Source of the DNA: an uncultured Clostridia bacterium
Lineage (GTDB): Bacteria > Bacillota > Clostridia > Christensenellales > UBA1242
Assembly: GCA_944377415.1 (NCBI GenBank)
Contig: CALWEW010000003.1
Span: 3,753-67,752 of the forward strand
Reading direction: 5' to 3'
Length of the DNA: 64,000 nt
Part shown: in pieces, positions 9,263-23,700 of the stretch
Layout of the letters: each line of letters starts with the position of its first letter
How positions within the stretch are numbered: the stretch's first letter is position 1
Notes under the pieces: generated by a model
Seen by the model: only the letters and a program-made list of their open reading frames with translations
Told to the model about the DNA's origin: nothing
The model's database searches: none
Program-made: the position numbers and the translations under genes

Positions 9263-11518
9263 TTATATATCTCTTGCTACGCGATAAGCGCTCTTTGTTG
9301 CGGCAAAAACTTTGCTAGGTCTAATTGCATCGCCTACACGAACAATACGGGGAGCAGCACGCTCTTCAACAAGTTTAAAATAAATGTCATCACATGGGCG
9401 AGTACCGATTGCTAAAATTACAAGGTCGGCGGGGAGGAGTTTGTTTTCATACTTTTCGCTAATTTTTGGAGCAAGTGGATTATGTATGTTTTCGGGTAGA
9501 ATTGGCTGCCAAGTATTATATGGATTTGGAACGGACGAGTGAACATTTTTCTTTATAAATACCGCATCTTTGTCAATTTGAGTAACTGTGCTTAAATTGT
9601 GAGTTACGACACCAGACTTTTCAAGATAGTGCAAAATATGTCCACGATTTGCGGTGCAGGTGTCTGCCATAAGGTTTGCGGTCATCTCTACAATCTGAAC
9701 ATTTTTTCCGAGTTCAAGTGCAGCCCAGTATGCAGTTTCGCAACCAGAATCGCCACCGCCGATAATTACAATATTTTGCGCCTTTTTAACTCTTTCGGGG
9801 TCAAGAAGTGCTTCGGTTACAGTCATTACATTTTCGCCATCAGCACCCTTGATTTGCGGGCGAACAATGTGGCTACCAGTTGCCACGACTATTGTCTCGA
9901 ATTTGCCTTTTAGTTCATCAACAGTTGCCTCAACGCCGAGTTTTAGGGTAAAACGCGGGTTTTTCTTTAATTCGTTTATTTCATGTTGCAAGTATTTCAT
10001 ATAATTGTTGATTTCGTACTTGATTTTTGGCACGCCACCAGCACGCAAAGTTCCACCGATTTCATTTTCTTTTTCGAACAATACGACAGTATGCCCACGG
10101 GCAATTAGTGCTTTTGCAGCAACAACACCAGCGGGACCACCACCGATAACGGCTACTTTTTCAGCATTCGAAGCAACAGGAATTTCACGAGAGAAAACCT
10201 CTTCAAATGCGGTACGAGGGTTAACGGCACATTGCGGGTGTCCGCCTTCGACAAATTCGCGAATACAAGCCTCGTGGCAACCGATACAAGGGCGAATTTC
10301 TTCGGTTGCACCGCGATATGCTTTGTTTGCCCATTCAGGGTCAGCAAGAAGCGGGCGAGCAAGCATAATCATATCACACTTTTCATCGCGAAGGGCTTGC
10401 TCCGCTAGGTCGGGATAGCCGAGTTTACCGACAGCAACAATAGGTACAGGAAGTCCCGCATTTGATAAAACTTTATTAACGCTAAAATACTTTTTAACTA
10501 ACTCGGCAATTTCAAGGAAACAACCACTCGGCATACTTGCGGGCGGGTGAGGAAGCCACCAGTTGTCATAACAACCGAGGTCAACATCAAATATATCAAC
10601 ACCCGCTTTTACAAGGTTTGTCATGTAGTCGAGAGTTTGTTGAATAGTACGCTCGTTGCGGAATTTTTTAAGCGATTTGATTTTTTCCATTTTATCTTGA
10701 TAAGTTGCATTTAAGGCAAGCGACAAGTCAATTCGATACATAATAGGATATTTGTCGCCGCAGCGTGCGCGAATTTCTTTTACAACATCAATACCAAAGC
10801 GTTGCCAATCGCTGTATTTGCCCATACTACGCCTGTTAAATGCGGGGTTTGTTAGTTGTTCAAGAAGATAACCTTCATGTCCGTGTAAATACACGCCGTC
10901 AATATTCATTGCTTTTGCATCAGCAGCGGCTTGCCCGAATTTTTTAACAAGTTTGCCTAGAGCCATTCCACTTAATCTACGGCTAGGAATTTGTGGAATA
11001 TAGAAGTTAGGATTCCATGAAGCGCTTACAGGGAGTTTAAATTGAGTGAGCAAGCACTGCGGGTTGCCAACGCGACCAAGTCCTGCAGTAAGCTGGATGA
11101 AAAACGCCGCGCCGTGTGAGTGAATACTTTGAGTGAGTTCACGCCAACCAGAATAAACTGTTCTAGAACGGTCGATACGGGGGAAATAACTTAATTTATC
11201 TAATTCTGTAACTGTTGAGTCGATACCGTGGCTTACGGGAATAAGTCCGCTCGTAATAAGTCCTACGCCACCGCGAGCGCGTTCTGTGAGATAACTAATC
11301 ATTTTTTGATTTGGGCGACCGGTTTCTTCTGCCATGTTTATATTTCCCATGGGTCCCATAACAAGTCTATTTTTTATAGTTAAATGGTTTACAGTAATAG
11401 GGCTAAACATCGAGGTGTAGGGATATAAATTATTTGTCATCGTAGGTGTAGCAAAATCGTGCTCCCACCATTTACCGAACGAATCTTCTAGGTCAAAGAG
11501 TACTTTGTCATTTACCAT
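9263..11518 (-). CDS. 2-enoate reductase / 2,4-dienoyl-CoA reductase family flavoenzyme (OYE TIM barrel, 4Fe-4S, FAD/NAD(P) domains)
   Basis: MGPMGN...GGVGLITSG is OYE-like. CIGCHEACI...C is a Cys cluster. VAVIGGGPAGVVAA and IVIIGGGDSGCE are two dinucleotide-binding GxGxxG motifs. Confidence 0.8.
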   Translation of the reverse strand: MVNDKVLFDLEDSFGKWWEHDFATPTMTNNLYPYTSMFSPITVNHLTIKNRLVMGPMGNINMAEETGRPNQKMISYLTERARGGVGLITSGLIPVSHGIDSTVTELDKLSYFPRIDRSRTVYSGWRELTQSIHSHGAAFFIQLTAGLGRVGNPQCLLTQFKLPVSASWNPNFYIPQIPSRRLSGMALGKLVKKFGQAAADAKAMNIDGVYLHGHEGYLLEQLTNPAFNRRSMGKYSDWQRFGIDVVKEIRARCGDKYPIMYRIDLSLALNATYQDKMEKIKSLKKFRNERTIQQTLDYMTNLVKAGVDIFDVDLGCYDNWWLPHPPASMPSGCFLEIAELVKKYFSVNKVLSNAGLPVPIVAVGKLGYPDLAEQALRDEKCDMIMLARPLLADPEWANKAYRGATEEIRPCIGCHEACIREFVEGGHPQCAVNPRTAFEEVFSREIPVASNAEKVAVIGGGPAGVVAAKALIARGHTVVLFEKENEIGGTLRAGGVPKIKYEINNYMKYLQHEINELKKNPRFTLKLGVEATVDELKGKFETIVVATGSHIVRPQIKGADGENVMTVTEALLDPERVKKAQNIVIIGGGDSGCETAYWAALELGKNVQIVEMTANLMADTCTANRGHILHYLEKSGVVTHNLSTVTQIDKDAVFIKKNVHSSVPNPYNTWQPILPENIHNPLAPKISEKYENKLLPADLVILAIGTRPCDDIYFKLVEERAAPRIVRVGDAIRPSKVFAATKSAYRVARDI

Positions 11519-11671
11519 AATTTCATTTCTCCGTTTTTTAAAATATTCGATTAAATTATAACTTTTATTATTTTTTTTATCAACTAAATTTGAGTATTTT
11601 CGCGTATTTTCTTGCCGTTTGCATAATATTTTAAAAATGCTTTTGAAATTTTATTTTTAGTCCTATTTTAT

Positions 11672-11701
11672 TTGACTTTCTATGTGGTTTTTTACTACAA
11701 T
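11672..11701 (+). promoter_or_regulatory. candidate sigmaA promoter of the 5009-aa gene
   Basis: TTGACT (11672-11677), an 18-nt spacer, then TACAAT (11696-11701), about 75 nt upstream of the ATG. Confidence 0.3.
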
Positions 11702-11776
11702 TAAAAATGTAGAAAAATCGAATATTTTGTAATAATTGCACGCGTTTAAAGACAAAATAAAAATAGGGATAAAATT

Positions 11777-14700
11777 ATGACAAAAAGTATAAAAGCAAAG
11801 TATTTCACATTTATATTATTATTTGTGATTTTGGCATTTTTGGGCTTAGCAGGTTGTGGTGATATTTACCAGAACTTGCGAGTTACTGTTTCGACAAACA
11901 ATGTCGAACTTTATCTTGACCGCACGGAATTTGATGAAAGCGGAGTGGAAGTCGATTTGTCGACTACTACAATCACAGCAACTGTCGAAGGTCTTAGCGG
12001 CGACATGATAAGCGATGTGGATTTTTGGTATAGAGATAATAATATTGTCAATGCCGAAGTCGTAAGCGTAAACGGAAACGAATCTACAATTCGCATAACA
12101 GCAAGAAATGCAGGTACCACCGTTTTGCGTGTCGTTTCAAGAGAATTAAGTACAGTTTACAGTGAAGATATAACGGTAACTGTTTATCGTGACCCAGATT
12201 CTATGCACTTCCTCGACCAAAAAATTTCTGTTCCAGTAGGCACGAGTTTAGAACTTGTTACAAATAATTTAATAGGTTTTGAACCTGCAAGAGTTTATCC
12301 GAGCACTGCAACATTTTCACTTTTAACACCTGACAATGAATTGTGGAATGATGCATACGGCACAAGAATTTTGAATGGTGTGAGCATCCAAGACAATGTT
12401 TTAATTGTCGACGAGAATGCAGAGCGCGGAATCGTGCAAATTGAAGCCTTAATGCCAAACGGTGTACACTGTGCTTTTAATGTCTTAATTTATAGCAACA
12501 TTGACGAGAGTCAAATACATCTATATAGTCAAGAAAGGCGAATTTCACTTGATGACATGTTCGGCAGAAATAATGCCGAGTATAGAATTTTAACCCCTCG
12601 TGATGCTGGCTGGAACGCTAGTTATAGTTCGACAACTGTAAGCGGTGTAACTTTATCTAGCAGTACTCTTGTGCTTGCAAGTGGTGTAAGTAATGGTATC
12701 GTGCAACTAGGTATAACAGTAGGGGATACTGAATATTTTGGCTATGTTTTAATTCACAGTAAAGACAATGCCGATTTAGCACAAGTTATTCCAGAATCTC
12801 AACGCTCGCTCTCGCTTGTCGATTTAGTGGGACAAGCAAATTTTTCCATTTTAGATACACCTAGTCCGCTTTGGGACAGTAGTTATGGAACATATAGTCT
12901 GCGTGGAGTATCTATTAGCAATGGAATTTTAAACATCGACAGTGGCTACGGTAGTGGGGTTGTACAAATTGCTGTTAATTATCCCGATGGTTCTACTGAC
13001 ACGATGATTATAATGGTTTATGGCAACTCTACAAGTGCAATTAAAGCGGCAACAGTTGGAGAAGTCGAAACATTAAAATTTGCAATCAACTCTGATGAGA
13101 TGAATAGAGGTTCTTATTATGTCGTCAATGATGATACACTAAATCCAAATGTCAACATTCGCGTAACCACAGGTAATAGCGATGTGCTGGTTGCAAGTTC
13201 TCTTGATAATAATTACCGCTTTACCTTGACAAGTATGGAAAGCGGTACGACCACCGTTACTGTGAATATTGACATTATAGACCCAGTAACAAATGAGATT
13301 TACACAACATTTAGTCGTACATACAATGTAGAGGTAATTCGCATAGCGCGTCAAGTTATTTTGTCAGGTGATGGCTTGTCCGCTACGGCTGACCCTGCGG
13401 AGATGTTACTTCAAGACTACTACTATAATGTTTTAGGCGCAGAAGTGAATGTTATGGTTTCGCCAGAGGAAGCGCGTGACCGCAGTTATATAATTCGTGT
13501 CGTTGAAATTGACGGAAGCACAGAAAATATTACCGCAGGCATGAATTCGCTTAATATTTATGTAAATGGGCGTAATTATGTCAATGACCAAGGCGTAACT
13601 GGTTATAATGAATATATTTACGGCGAGCGCTTGCAAAATGGTACGAGTTTTTATGTGTCGTTAGATAGTGCTAATAATGTCATTTCTCACACGGTAAAAC
13701 TTGCAATAATTGCAAATACTTATGACCCAGATTTGCCGTATGTGCAAAATATCGTTACATTTACAATTACAGCGGGCGTAACTGAAATTACTTCAAGTAG
13801 TGATATTGTTGAAGTTGGATTAGGTGAAACAAGTGAGTTTACTCTCTCATACCTAACCAGCGCAGGTGCAAATGTAGGTACGCCAGATTTTGAAATAACT
13901 GTTGCAAATGAAGATATAATTTCGCTTACTGGGGCAAATTACACCTACACAGTAAGTGGACTAAAAGAAGGATATACTGAAATAACATTTACAGCGGCAA
14001 GTGGCGTAACTCTAACTTTGCCAGTGTATGTTTATATCATTCCTTTGGCATTCTACATCTCGGGCGACCATAGTTACGAAAACTCAAATATTGCATCTGA
14101 CGAATGGAACGATGCTGAGTATGTAAACCCTGCGGATAACTTAATTGATGCGGGTGTAACAAGCGTTACAGTAAAGCGGAATAATAGATACTATTTTGAT
14201 TTGGTTGCTTTACCTGCTGGAATTACGGCAAATTCTCTTTCGGTATCAATCGGTACAAATGATGCAAATGGGGAATACATAAGTTTATCTCAAATTGATG
14301 AAGACTACACATTTAGTTTTTATGCTAGAAATGTCACTACCACACCTGTAATAATAACTGTTTCATTTAGTTATCGAACTCATGTAAATGGTGTTTGGAC
14401 AACTGTTGCAAGTACGCGTACACTTGAAGTAAATATTTATAATCCTGTTACATTGTTCTACTGGAATGGAACAAATAACGCAACAAGTACAACCGTACAA
14501 CTGTACGATAAAAACAGTTTAAATATAAATCAACAAAACTTGTCTACAACACAACTAAACATTTATACAAATACTGATGCGACAGTTTATCAAAATGGTG
14601 GAAGTGTTGAATGGACTGTCGACAACCCAGATTTGCTTTCAATCTCGGAAAATGGTTTTAGCGCAACAATTACAGCGAACTTAACTGATTATTCGCTATC

Positions 14701-17700
14701 ATCTTACACTGCTTATGTTTATGCGACAATCAATGATTATGGGACAGAACGAACGATTACATGTAGGGTAAATATAATTGTTCCGCAAATGGTTGAAAGT
14801 ATTGAAGTAACAAATTATAACGACAACGAGGGTGTACGCCTAAACGATTTAGGCACGCAGCAGCGTACTTCATTTACAATCAATACGCGCGTGTTGCCTA
14901 ATAATGCTTTTAATAGTGAGGTAGGATACCTACTATATAGTGCTGAAAATATAGACGGGAAAATTGTAGCAACTGAAATTTACACTGGAGCTGAAAGTGA
15001 TGCTGTCGTTAGATTTGACCCTACCGAGCCCAATAGGATAATTGCTCAAAATGCAGGATATGCTGTTATAAGAATATATCCACTTGACAGGGTAAACTCT
15101 GAAAATGTCAACTTTGACTCTATATACCATGTTGATATTTGGGTAATTGTCGAAGACGGCGAAGTTAATCCATATTCAATTTACACTGCAGAAGAATTTG
15201 TTTCAATAGGTTCAAGTGCTGAAGCGTTGACGAAAAATTATGTCTTAATGCAGACTATTGATTTATCAAACTATTCATCATATTTCCCGCTAGGAAGTGA
15301 GTTTGGTTCGAATTTCAGTGGTTCACTTGATAGTTATAATTACTCTACAAATGGCCGCAAAATGTCGGTACTCGGCATAACGCTAAACAATAGTTTTGCT
15401 CTAACAAGTAGCGAAATTCTAGGTGGTCTATTCGGTAGAGTGAGTGGAAGTATTAATAACATTGATTTCGTATTTAGCGAACGCTCAGCATTTAACTTAG
15501 CCGACATAACAGCAAGCAATCTTGATGTACATGCAATAAAAATAGGTTTGCTTGCAGGTGTATTAGACGGCGAAGTAAATAATGTAGTTGCTCGCATGAA
15601 TAACTTTACTAATACTTCAAACATGATTAGCATAAATGGTCTTGATAACGCAGATTATGCTATCTCGGTTGGTGGGCTTGCAGGTGAGATTAATGGAAGC
15701 GCGAGCGCAAGTTATGTAAATGTTGCAATTCGTACAGATTTAGGTGTTTCAACACTCTATTTAGGTGGACTTGCTGGTATATTTAATGGAACGACAATCG
15801 GTCAGGCGGGTGATGAGGTTACAAGTCGTGTTAGAATAACTGCGAGCAGAGCATACATTCCTGATAGTGAAAATAGTCGTATTGGTGGATTAATAGGATA
15901 TATCGCTGGTGGTAATGTCTATGGACAAAATGTTACGGGGCAAGTTGTAGCAACGCTTTATGACTATGTTGGTGGTTTTGCAGGTCGTAATGATGGAACT
16001 CTCGGTTATTTTGATACAGCAAATAACACTGAATACCGTGTTTTAAGTGGCGTAAAAACACAGGGACATAATTATGTCGGTGGGTTAATAGGATACAACA
16101 CTGGCACGGTTAATTATGCTCGAGTTGAAAACTACGAAGATACGACTATTACAGGCGTAAATCAAGCAGTCGTTTCGGGAAATAACTATGTCGGCGGCTT
16201 GGTAGGTTATAGCGAAGGCGGGCGAGTTACTTATTCATATTCAATAGGTTATATTAGTCAAGACTTTACTGCTAATGGCTCGTATAATGGTGATGTAATA
16301 GGTGCCGAGTTTGTCGGTGGTTTAATAGGTTATGCTCACAATACTTATATAACTAGCAGTTTTGCGGCTAACTGTATTTTGGTAAATTCTACTAATACAG
16401 GAACTGCGGGCGGTTTAATCGGTCAAATGCAAATTGATGCTGGCGTAGATATTTCGACTTCTACTGTGTGGAATGCATACGCAAATGGTTATATTCTTAC
16501 TGATAACTTAGATACAACAAAAACAGGCGAGTTAATCGGTGTATACGATGTTCAGGGCGGTTCGGCTTATGTTGATACCTGTTATGCACATGTTGTAATT
16601 TCAAACTTTGATAACAGTACCGTATATCGTAATTTGTTTGGAACTAATGTTTCGGGTGCAAATGTAGCAAATTCATATTATCTTGCCGATACAACCGAAA
16701 GTATTACTGATATAGACAATATTACTTCTATTGGTGTATCTCACGATGATATGATTGCGCAGGACGGCGGTTTCGGCAGTAATGCGTATATCGGCTGGGG
16801 GTTTGGTGATGCAAATAGCAATCAAGCATGGGTAATTTATGACCCAGATACTATGCAAGGCGTAAACGACGACCTCCCGCTTCTTTACGACCGCGACCGC
16901 GGTTGGTTATACAATCAGGCGATAAATAATATTGAAATTTCATATGCGACATTACAACAAGACGGCGACTTACTTCCTACATTCTTTAATTACAACGATT
17001 TAGGAACTGTTGTTGTGCTTGAAAATATTGACGAAGTCGACGGTGAAAAACGCCTAAACATACACAATACAGGTACTGACACTGCAAACGGTTTGTTTAA
17101 TATTAATGTTTTGCCACTTCTTGACCCTACACAGTGGAGTTTGTCGGTAACTTCTTCAAATTCAAATATTGCCGAAGTTGTACAAGATAACTTAAACCTA
17201 GTTGATGCATACATTGTGTTCAAGACTACGGGTGTAGTAAATATTACCTTACAATCGTTACTTGATGTGAGTGCATCTGTAACTGTAACAATAAATGTTG
17301 TTGGCGGATTTAATGAATTTGATATACTTGATGAAAATGACGATTCAATAACAACAAGTGGTAGCAATGTAATTTCAATTAAGCAGGGGAGCGGTGCGCT
17401 ATTACTGCAATACTTTGAAACTAGCGCTAACTACAATGATTCATACGGAATTAAATTCTCAACAAATGACACATCGTACTTTGAGTTTAGTGGCTACGAA
17501 TATACTGGTACAAGCGTGTATATTCCTTACACACAACCTAACTTGCTAGGTGGTGTGGCTGCAACGACTGATGCGTATCCAAATGGTCTTGAAATGCGTG
17601 CTTGTCCGTACTTTGTGCTAGTATTTTCTGGAGCAAAAATAAATTATAGCCTTGAAAATTATGTAACACCAAAGAACTTTTATGTAAATGTATATTATGG

Positions 17701-20700
17701 CATTACGCAGGCAGGCTTTAATTCGACAGATGCGCAAATTACGAGCGGAGAGCAACACAACTTAATTCTTAATGTGGTTTCGGATAACCCTGAAAATGTA
17801 GTTATCTCGAATCCGAAAGTTTTGCGCGATGGTGTAGAACTAACAGATTACAGCGAAGTTCTTACTGTCCTTGATAGAGTTAACGGTGATGGTACCGTTA
17901 CACAAAACTATTTACTTGAACTTGATGATAGTTTGAAAAACTTGACAGAAAACAGGCAGTATCAAGTTAGTGTCGATGTGAGTGACGAAAGCGGTTTATA
18001 TGGTACATATGTATTTGACATTATCTTTACGCCATCTCCGATTACAAGAATTGATATTTCGCACTTTACTTACGGTGCCGATTCTATGACAAACGGCGAA
18101 GTGCCAAGTAATCTAATTTCCCCAGGAACTCGTGGAGTTTTGAGAGTTGAAGTAACACCTAATTATTCGCACTTTGACTATTTGCTATTTAATAGCACAC
18201 TTGAACCTACTTCAAACCAGCGTGTAATTATGCAACAAATGGTGTTGCAGAACGGTAGTTACAGAACAATTGAAGCAAACTACGATTCAAACGGTGCCCT
18301 AATTGTACAAAAAATTACGGGTTATGATGTTAACGGAAATGCTTACTTTGATGGAACGGTTTTTGTATCGACTCTAGTTGGAACTAATCTTACAGAAGGC
18401 TATAACTTTACAATCTCAGTTACTGCTATGAGAAACGGCGAAAGCAGTTATGTTTTCCCGCCAGTTTATACAAATCTTGTTACAACATTCGCTCCTCACG
18501 CAACTCTAACACTAAATTCAACAAATGGTGATGCGGTAGCGAAAGGAACAGTTGCTAACTTCGTTTTAACGGGTGAATTGTTTAATAGTACAATTACACT
18601 TGAAACAAGTTACGGAAATGGACAAACAGGAATACAATATTCGGGGTTTGCTAGTGATATTAGATTAACTTACGGGGTAGGAGCGCGCGAAACAGTTAAC
18701 GAAACCTTGCCTTTCTATGTAGGAATTGGCGCAAATGCTCCAAACGGTAGAATTACGGTTACTGTTACTATTAATTCTACAACTGCAACAGGCGGACAGT
18801 TAAATCCTATTGTTTTACAGTATACAATTTATATTGTTGATTTCGCGGTTGAAAGCGTGTATGCCGAGAACGCAGAAAACGGAACTTTGAGCGCAAGCGT
18901 GCGTTCGTACACTTTGCTAGAAGCAAATTGGCGTTTGGTTGAACCATCAATTGAGGATTACCGCACATATGTTGGTGGCGATGAAACAGCGTTTAATAAT
19001 GCTTTTAATGAAATGTATGAAAAAGCCGAAGCGAAATTAAAAGTTGTAAATGAGCGCGGAAACGGCGAGGGCGGAGTTTGGTATTATAATGATGGCAACG
19101 GTTATTTTGCAGTACAAACGGCTTTGTCTTATCCTGACTTTATCATAAGTTACACGCAGATGAATAATGGAATTTCGTACTATCTTATTCAAGGGAAAAC
19201 AATCACGACTGGAATTCCGTTTAGATTGTCATTCACAGGATATTATGTATACAACGAAAGTTTAGGCGTTTATGAATTTACTCTTGATAACGAACTTTCG
19301 TCAGTTGCGCCTGAAAACATTTTAAATTCTTATCAACATTTATATGAACAAGATTTCAATATTGATGTTATAAATGATACTTCGGAAGATACCCCTGACT
19401 ACATTGATTCTGCCGAAGCGTTGCGCAGTATGACTGCAGGCGTAAATCACATGTTGACTTCTGACATAATTCTTGACTCATGGACTCCTATTGATACAGC
19501 AATAGCATCGCTTGACGGAAATGGTTATGTAATTTATCTCCGTAGTTTTGCTGAAAATACGGCAGATACGCAAAATTACGGGCTATTTAGCACATTACAA
19601 GAAGGCACTGTTTTAAAGAACTTAATCATTGATGTTTCACATAACATTTATGTAAACTTGCAAAACGCAAGCACTGTAAACTTTGGCTTTATTGCTGGTG
19701 TAAATGACGGTGGTGTAATTTATAACTGTGATGTTGTAGTTACTGAAAGTAAAGAAGGTTGGAGAACAATTTACAATTCGCCTGACGGTAACCGTCCCGC
19801 TAGCAATAACTCTGATTTTGCCTTTGCTACATCGGTATTCAATCGCATTATGAACGACACAAGCGCTGAATATAACACTCTCGCTTCAACTTTCATTTTG
19901 ACTGATTTAAGCACTTCGGCGCGTACGGTTACAACCTATATAGGTGGACTTGTAGGGCAGAACAATGGTTATATCACAAATAGTCGCGTAGGCAGAATCG
20001 ATACTGATAACGCTCTTGGTTTTAACCGTGGATACGCGCTACAAGGCTTGAATATCTTTGCTTCGGGTAATGTCGGTGGACTTGCTGGGCAAAATACAGG
20101 CGTGATTTCAAATAGTTATTTTGCAAACGGAACAGTTGTAAACTATGGCATGTCTATTTACACAGCAACTAATAGAAATGGTGCTCGTACAGGTGGACTA
20201 GTTGCTGAACAGACAAATACAGGGCGTATTGAATCGAGTTATGCAATAGGGCAACTCGGTGAAAATGCTCAAGCCGAACTGGGTGGAATAATTGCATACG
20301 GAACTATCGGTGGACTTGTTCACTCAAATGCTGGTAGCATCACTAATAGTTACACAAATCTTCCGCTTTCAAGTTCAAATGCCATGGGTGGCTTTGTATA
20401 CGAAAACACAGGTAATGCAAGCATTAATTACTGTTATTCAATGAGTTTGATTAATAGTACAGGGCTTATAAACGGTGTGTTTATTGGTGTTGATGCCGAA
20501 GGTACTGTACAAAATGGCGAAGATGCAACAGTGGAAAATTCGTTCTATTATAGCAGTGATAACACAGTGAACGACAGCAGCGACCCCGCAACAGCAATTT
20601 CTGCAAATGAATGGGGGAACGCTCTCGGTTCGGCATTTGAGGGATTTGCAATTTCGGACAACGAAAATAGCACTTGGTATATGGATGTAAATAGACTATA

Positions 20701-23700
20701 TCTAGGGCCACAACTAACCTTTGCAGATAAAGTCTACTATTCACATCGTGGACTAGACTATACTTACGATGCATCAAGCGCTCGTGGTTCGGAAACAAAC
20801 CCGATAATAATTGCAAGTTTGAAAAACTGGCAAAATGTATTTAACTATTCTGATACTTCTGGACTTATTCGTTCGGAATTTATGACGGCAAACCCAGATT
20901 ATACGAGCGGTGGAGCAAGGTATCAGTTTGGTACGGATACAATGCACTACTATGTAGCGCTTGCAAGTGATATTAATTTTGGCAATTCAATGCACAGCAC
21001 GGCAACCGATACACTATTCAAAGGAATTTTATTAGGTAACGGCTATACGCTTGCAGGGTTGAGTTACAGACAATCAAGTACTGTTACGACTGCTGAAAAT
21101 GACTTTGGTGTATTTAATCAACTTGTAAATGCGAGCGTAACTAACCTAAACCTTGAAGTCAGTGGAGAAATTACAACAAGGGCTCGTCATATGGGTGTAC
21201 TTGCTGGAAGTGTTCACGACTCTTATGTCGAAAATGTGAACATTTCAGGTTCAACGGCTTCAACTTCAATAACGGGACTTAATATGACGGGTGCACTTGC
21301 GGGTTTTGTCTATGGAAATAGCGAAATAAGAAACATTACGGCTAGCATTTCGGTAAACTCAATCAGCGCGACCGTGTCTTCGGGACTTTACCTATACTAT
21401 AACGACAGTGAAACCACGCACTATGCAGATTATTCATACGCGGGCGGTGTAATCGGTGTTGTAGATTTGAGTGATGAAGAAGGTGCTGAAAATAACCCGA
21501 GAATACAAAACTTGAGCGTAAGTGGAAATACCGATATTTACGGTGAAATTGCGGGCGGTGTAGTTGGTATGATTGGTACGACTTCGGAAGCAAAAGGCTT
21601 AAATTTCATTTTAGATATCACAGATGAAAATGCCCCGCGCATTCGTGGCTCGAACTTCTCTGGTGGCTTAGTTGGCGAAAATCGTGGGCACATTATGTCG
21701 TCATTTGTCGGCATTGCGGTAGATGAGCAAATTGCCGAAGATTCTGCAATTAATTCGACAGACAATGCGGCAAATTATATAGGTTACACGGGGTTATTCG
21801 AAAATACCGAAGAATCAACTGCTGTTGGCGGACTTGTTGGACTTAATATTGCAGGTTCAATCGAATATAGTTATTCAAGAGTGGCTGTAATTTCAAGTCA
21901 GGCAAGAATTGTTGGTGGACTTGTTGGAATGGCAATCAATGCTCCGAATAGTTACGATACTTCTAGCGGAGATGTAACGCTTTCGTATTTGCGTAACTTG
22001 TCTGTATCACCTTCGAACATTTATAACTACGATGCAATTGACGAAATGTTCGGTTATTCATATTCAAACGGTAGTGTAGAAGTTCGTGGAGATTTGAATT
22101 TTAGTGGAACTCTATATCAGGTTTACACAACGGGTGCTATTAATGGTGGAGAAATTTTAGGTGGTGCAGTCGGCATGATGGTCGGTGCTCCGATATATTC
22201 AAATTACACTGATGCGCTAGTAGTTGCGGTGAACAATTATAACGCGAGCGACCGCACATTAATTGATAAAATTAATGACGAAAATGTGTACTTTGGTGGT
22301 GTAGTCGGTTATGTGGGTTATACTATGAGCGGAACTACTTCTGTTGCTCCATTCATTAGTAATAGGGAAGTTTCGGGTGAATATACTATTGGAACTCCTG
22401 CTCAAACTGTAAGGGCAGTAACAAGTATTGCAGGTAATTCTCTTGATGCCGTTGGAAATGCTCAAGCGATTATCTCAGTACGAAGCACAGATTTCTTGAC
22501 TTGTGCGACAAGTACAGTAAATGACCCATTTGCAAGTTTTAGTGATACAGTTTGGTTGCTTGACTCGACACGCGTTTCTCACCGTTTCCCAGTGCTTATG
22601 TCTAATTATTCGGCTACCATTTCAGAAATTGATTCTGTAGAAGACTTCTTTAACTATTTAAGCGATACAAATACAAATAGTTACGGTCGTATTGTAACTG
22701 ACCTTACAATTACAGGTGATGATTGGAATAGGTATATTTTATCAAATAACCTTAACTCAATTACAGAAGGCAATGACTATGTAAGTGGTAGGCTCGAGGG
22801 GGCTGTGCCGATTACAGTTTCGGGACAAGAAACTACGCGTTCAGCGACAATCACATTCACAAACTTTACAACTTCAAGTGGTGTAGATGTTTCAAATACT
22901 TTCTGGTCACTGTTTGGATACACTGAAGGTTTTAGGCTTATAAATGTTGATTTTGTATTTGACTTCACAATCAATATGACAAATCATACAATTTCAAACT
23001 TCGGTGTGCTTGCTCGTGAGAGTAACGGTTCAAGTTTTGAAAATGTATCAGTTACATTTACAGAAAATAATTCTGTTACTGTAAATAATTTAGGCAATAT
23101 TGCATTAATTACTGGTACTTCTCAAAATTCAAGTTATACAAATGTAGTTGTGAATGGTACTATAAATACAATAAGTGATGGTTTCACAAGTTCGACGGGC
23201 AGCGTTGCTATTGGGGCGCTTTTTGGAAGCGGAACAGTATCTAACACAATTTACGGAACATCATTTGGAACTATTGGCGTTAATTACACATCTAATAACA
23301 ACTATATTTTATATATCGGCGGACTTGCTGGAACAACTGACGGCTTGTTAAGTGTTCGTAGCGTGTCAGCAGCAAATCAATATAACTTAACAACTAATAT
23401 TTCTATTACAGCAAACTCAAATACAAATATTATGTATGTCGGGGGCGTTGTTGGGCGTACTAATGGTGCAACACAGTTGACAACACTTCGAATCGACGGT
23501 ACATTAAATGTAACAAGAACAAACGCAACTTCGACTCAAAATTCAAATTCATACATAGGCGGAATTGCGGGTAGTTTGTATAACACTAATGTGAGTGATG
23601 TAACAAGTAATGTAGAAATTGCTTCTAACATTGCTGGTGGAAATGTATACTTAGGTGGGCTTGCAGGTAATTTGATTAATAACCATGAATTTACAGGAAC

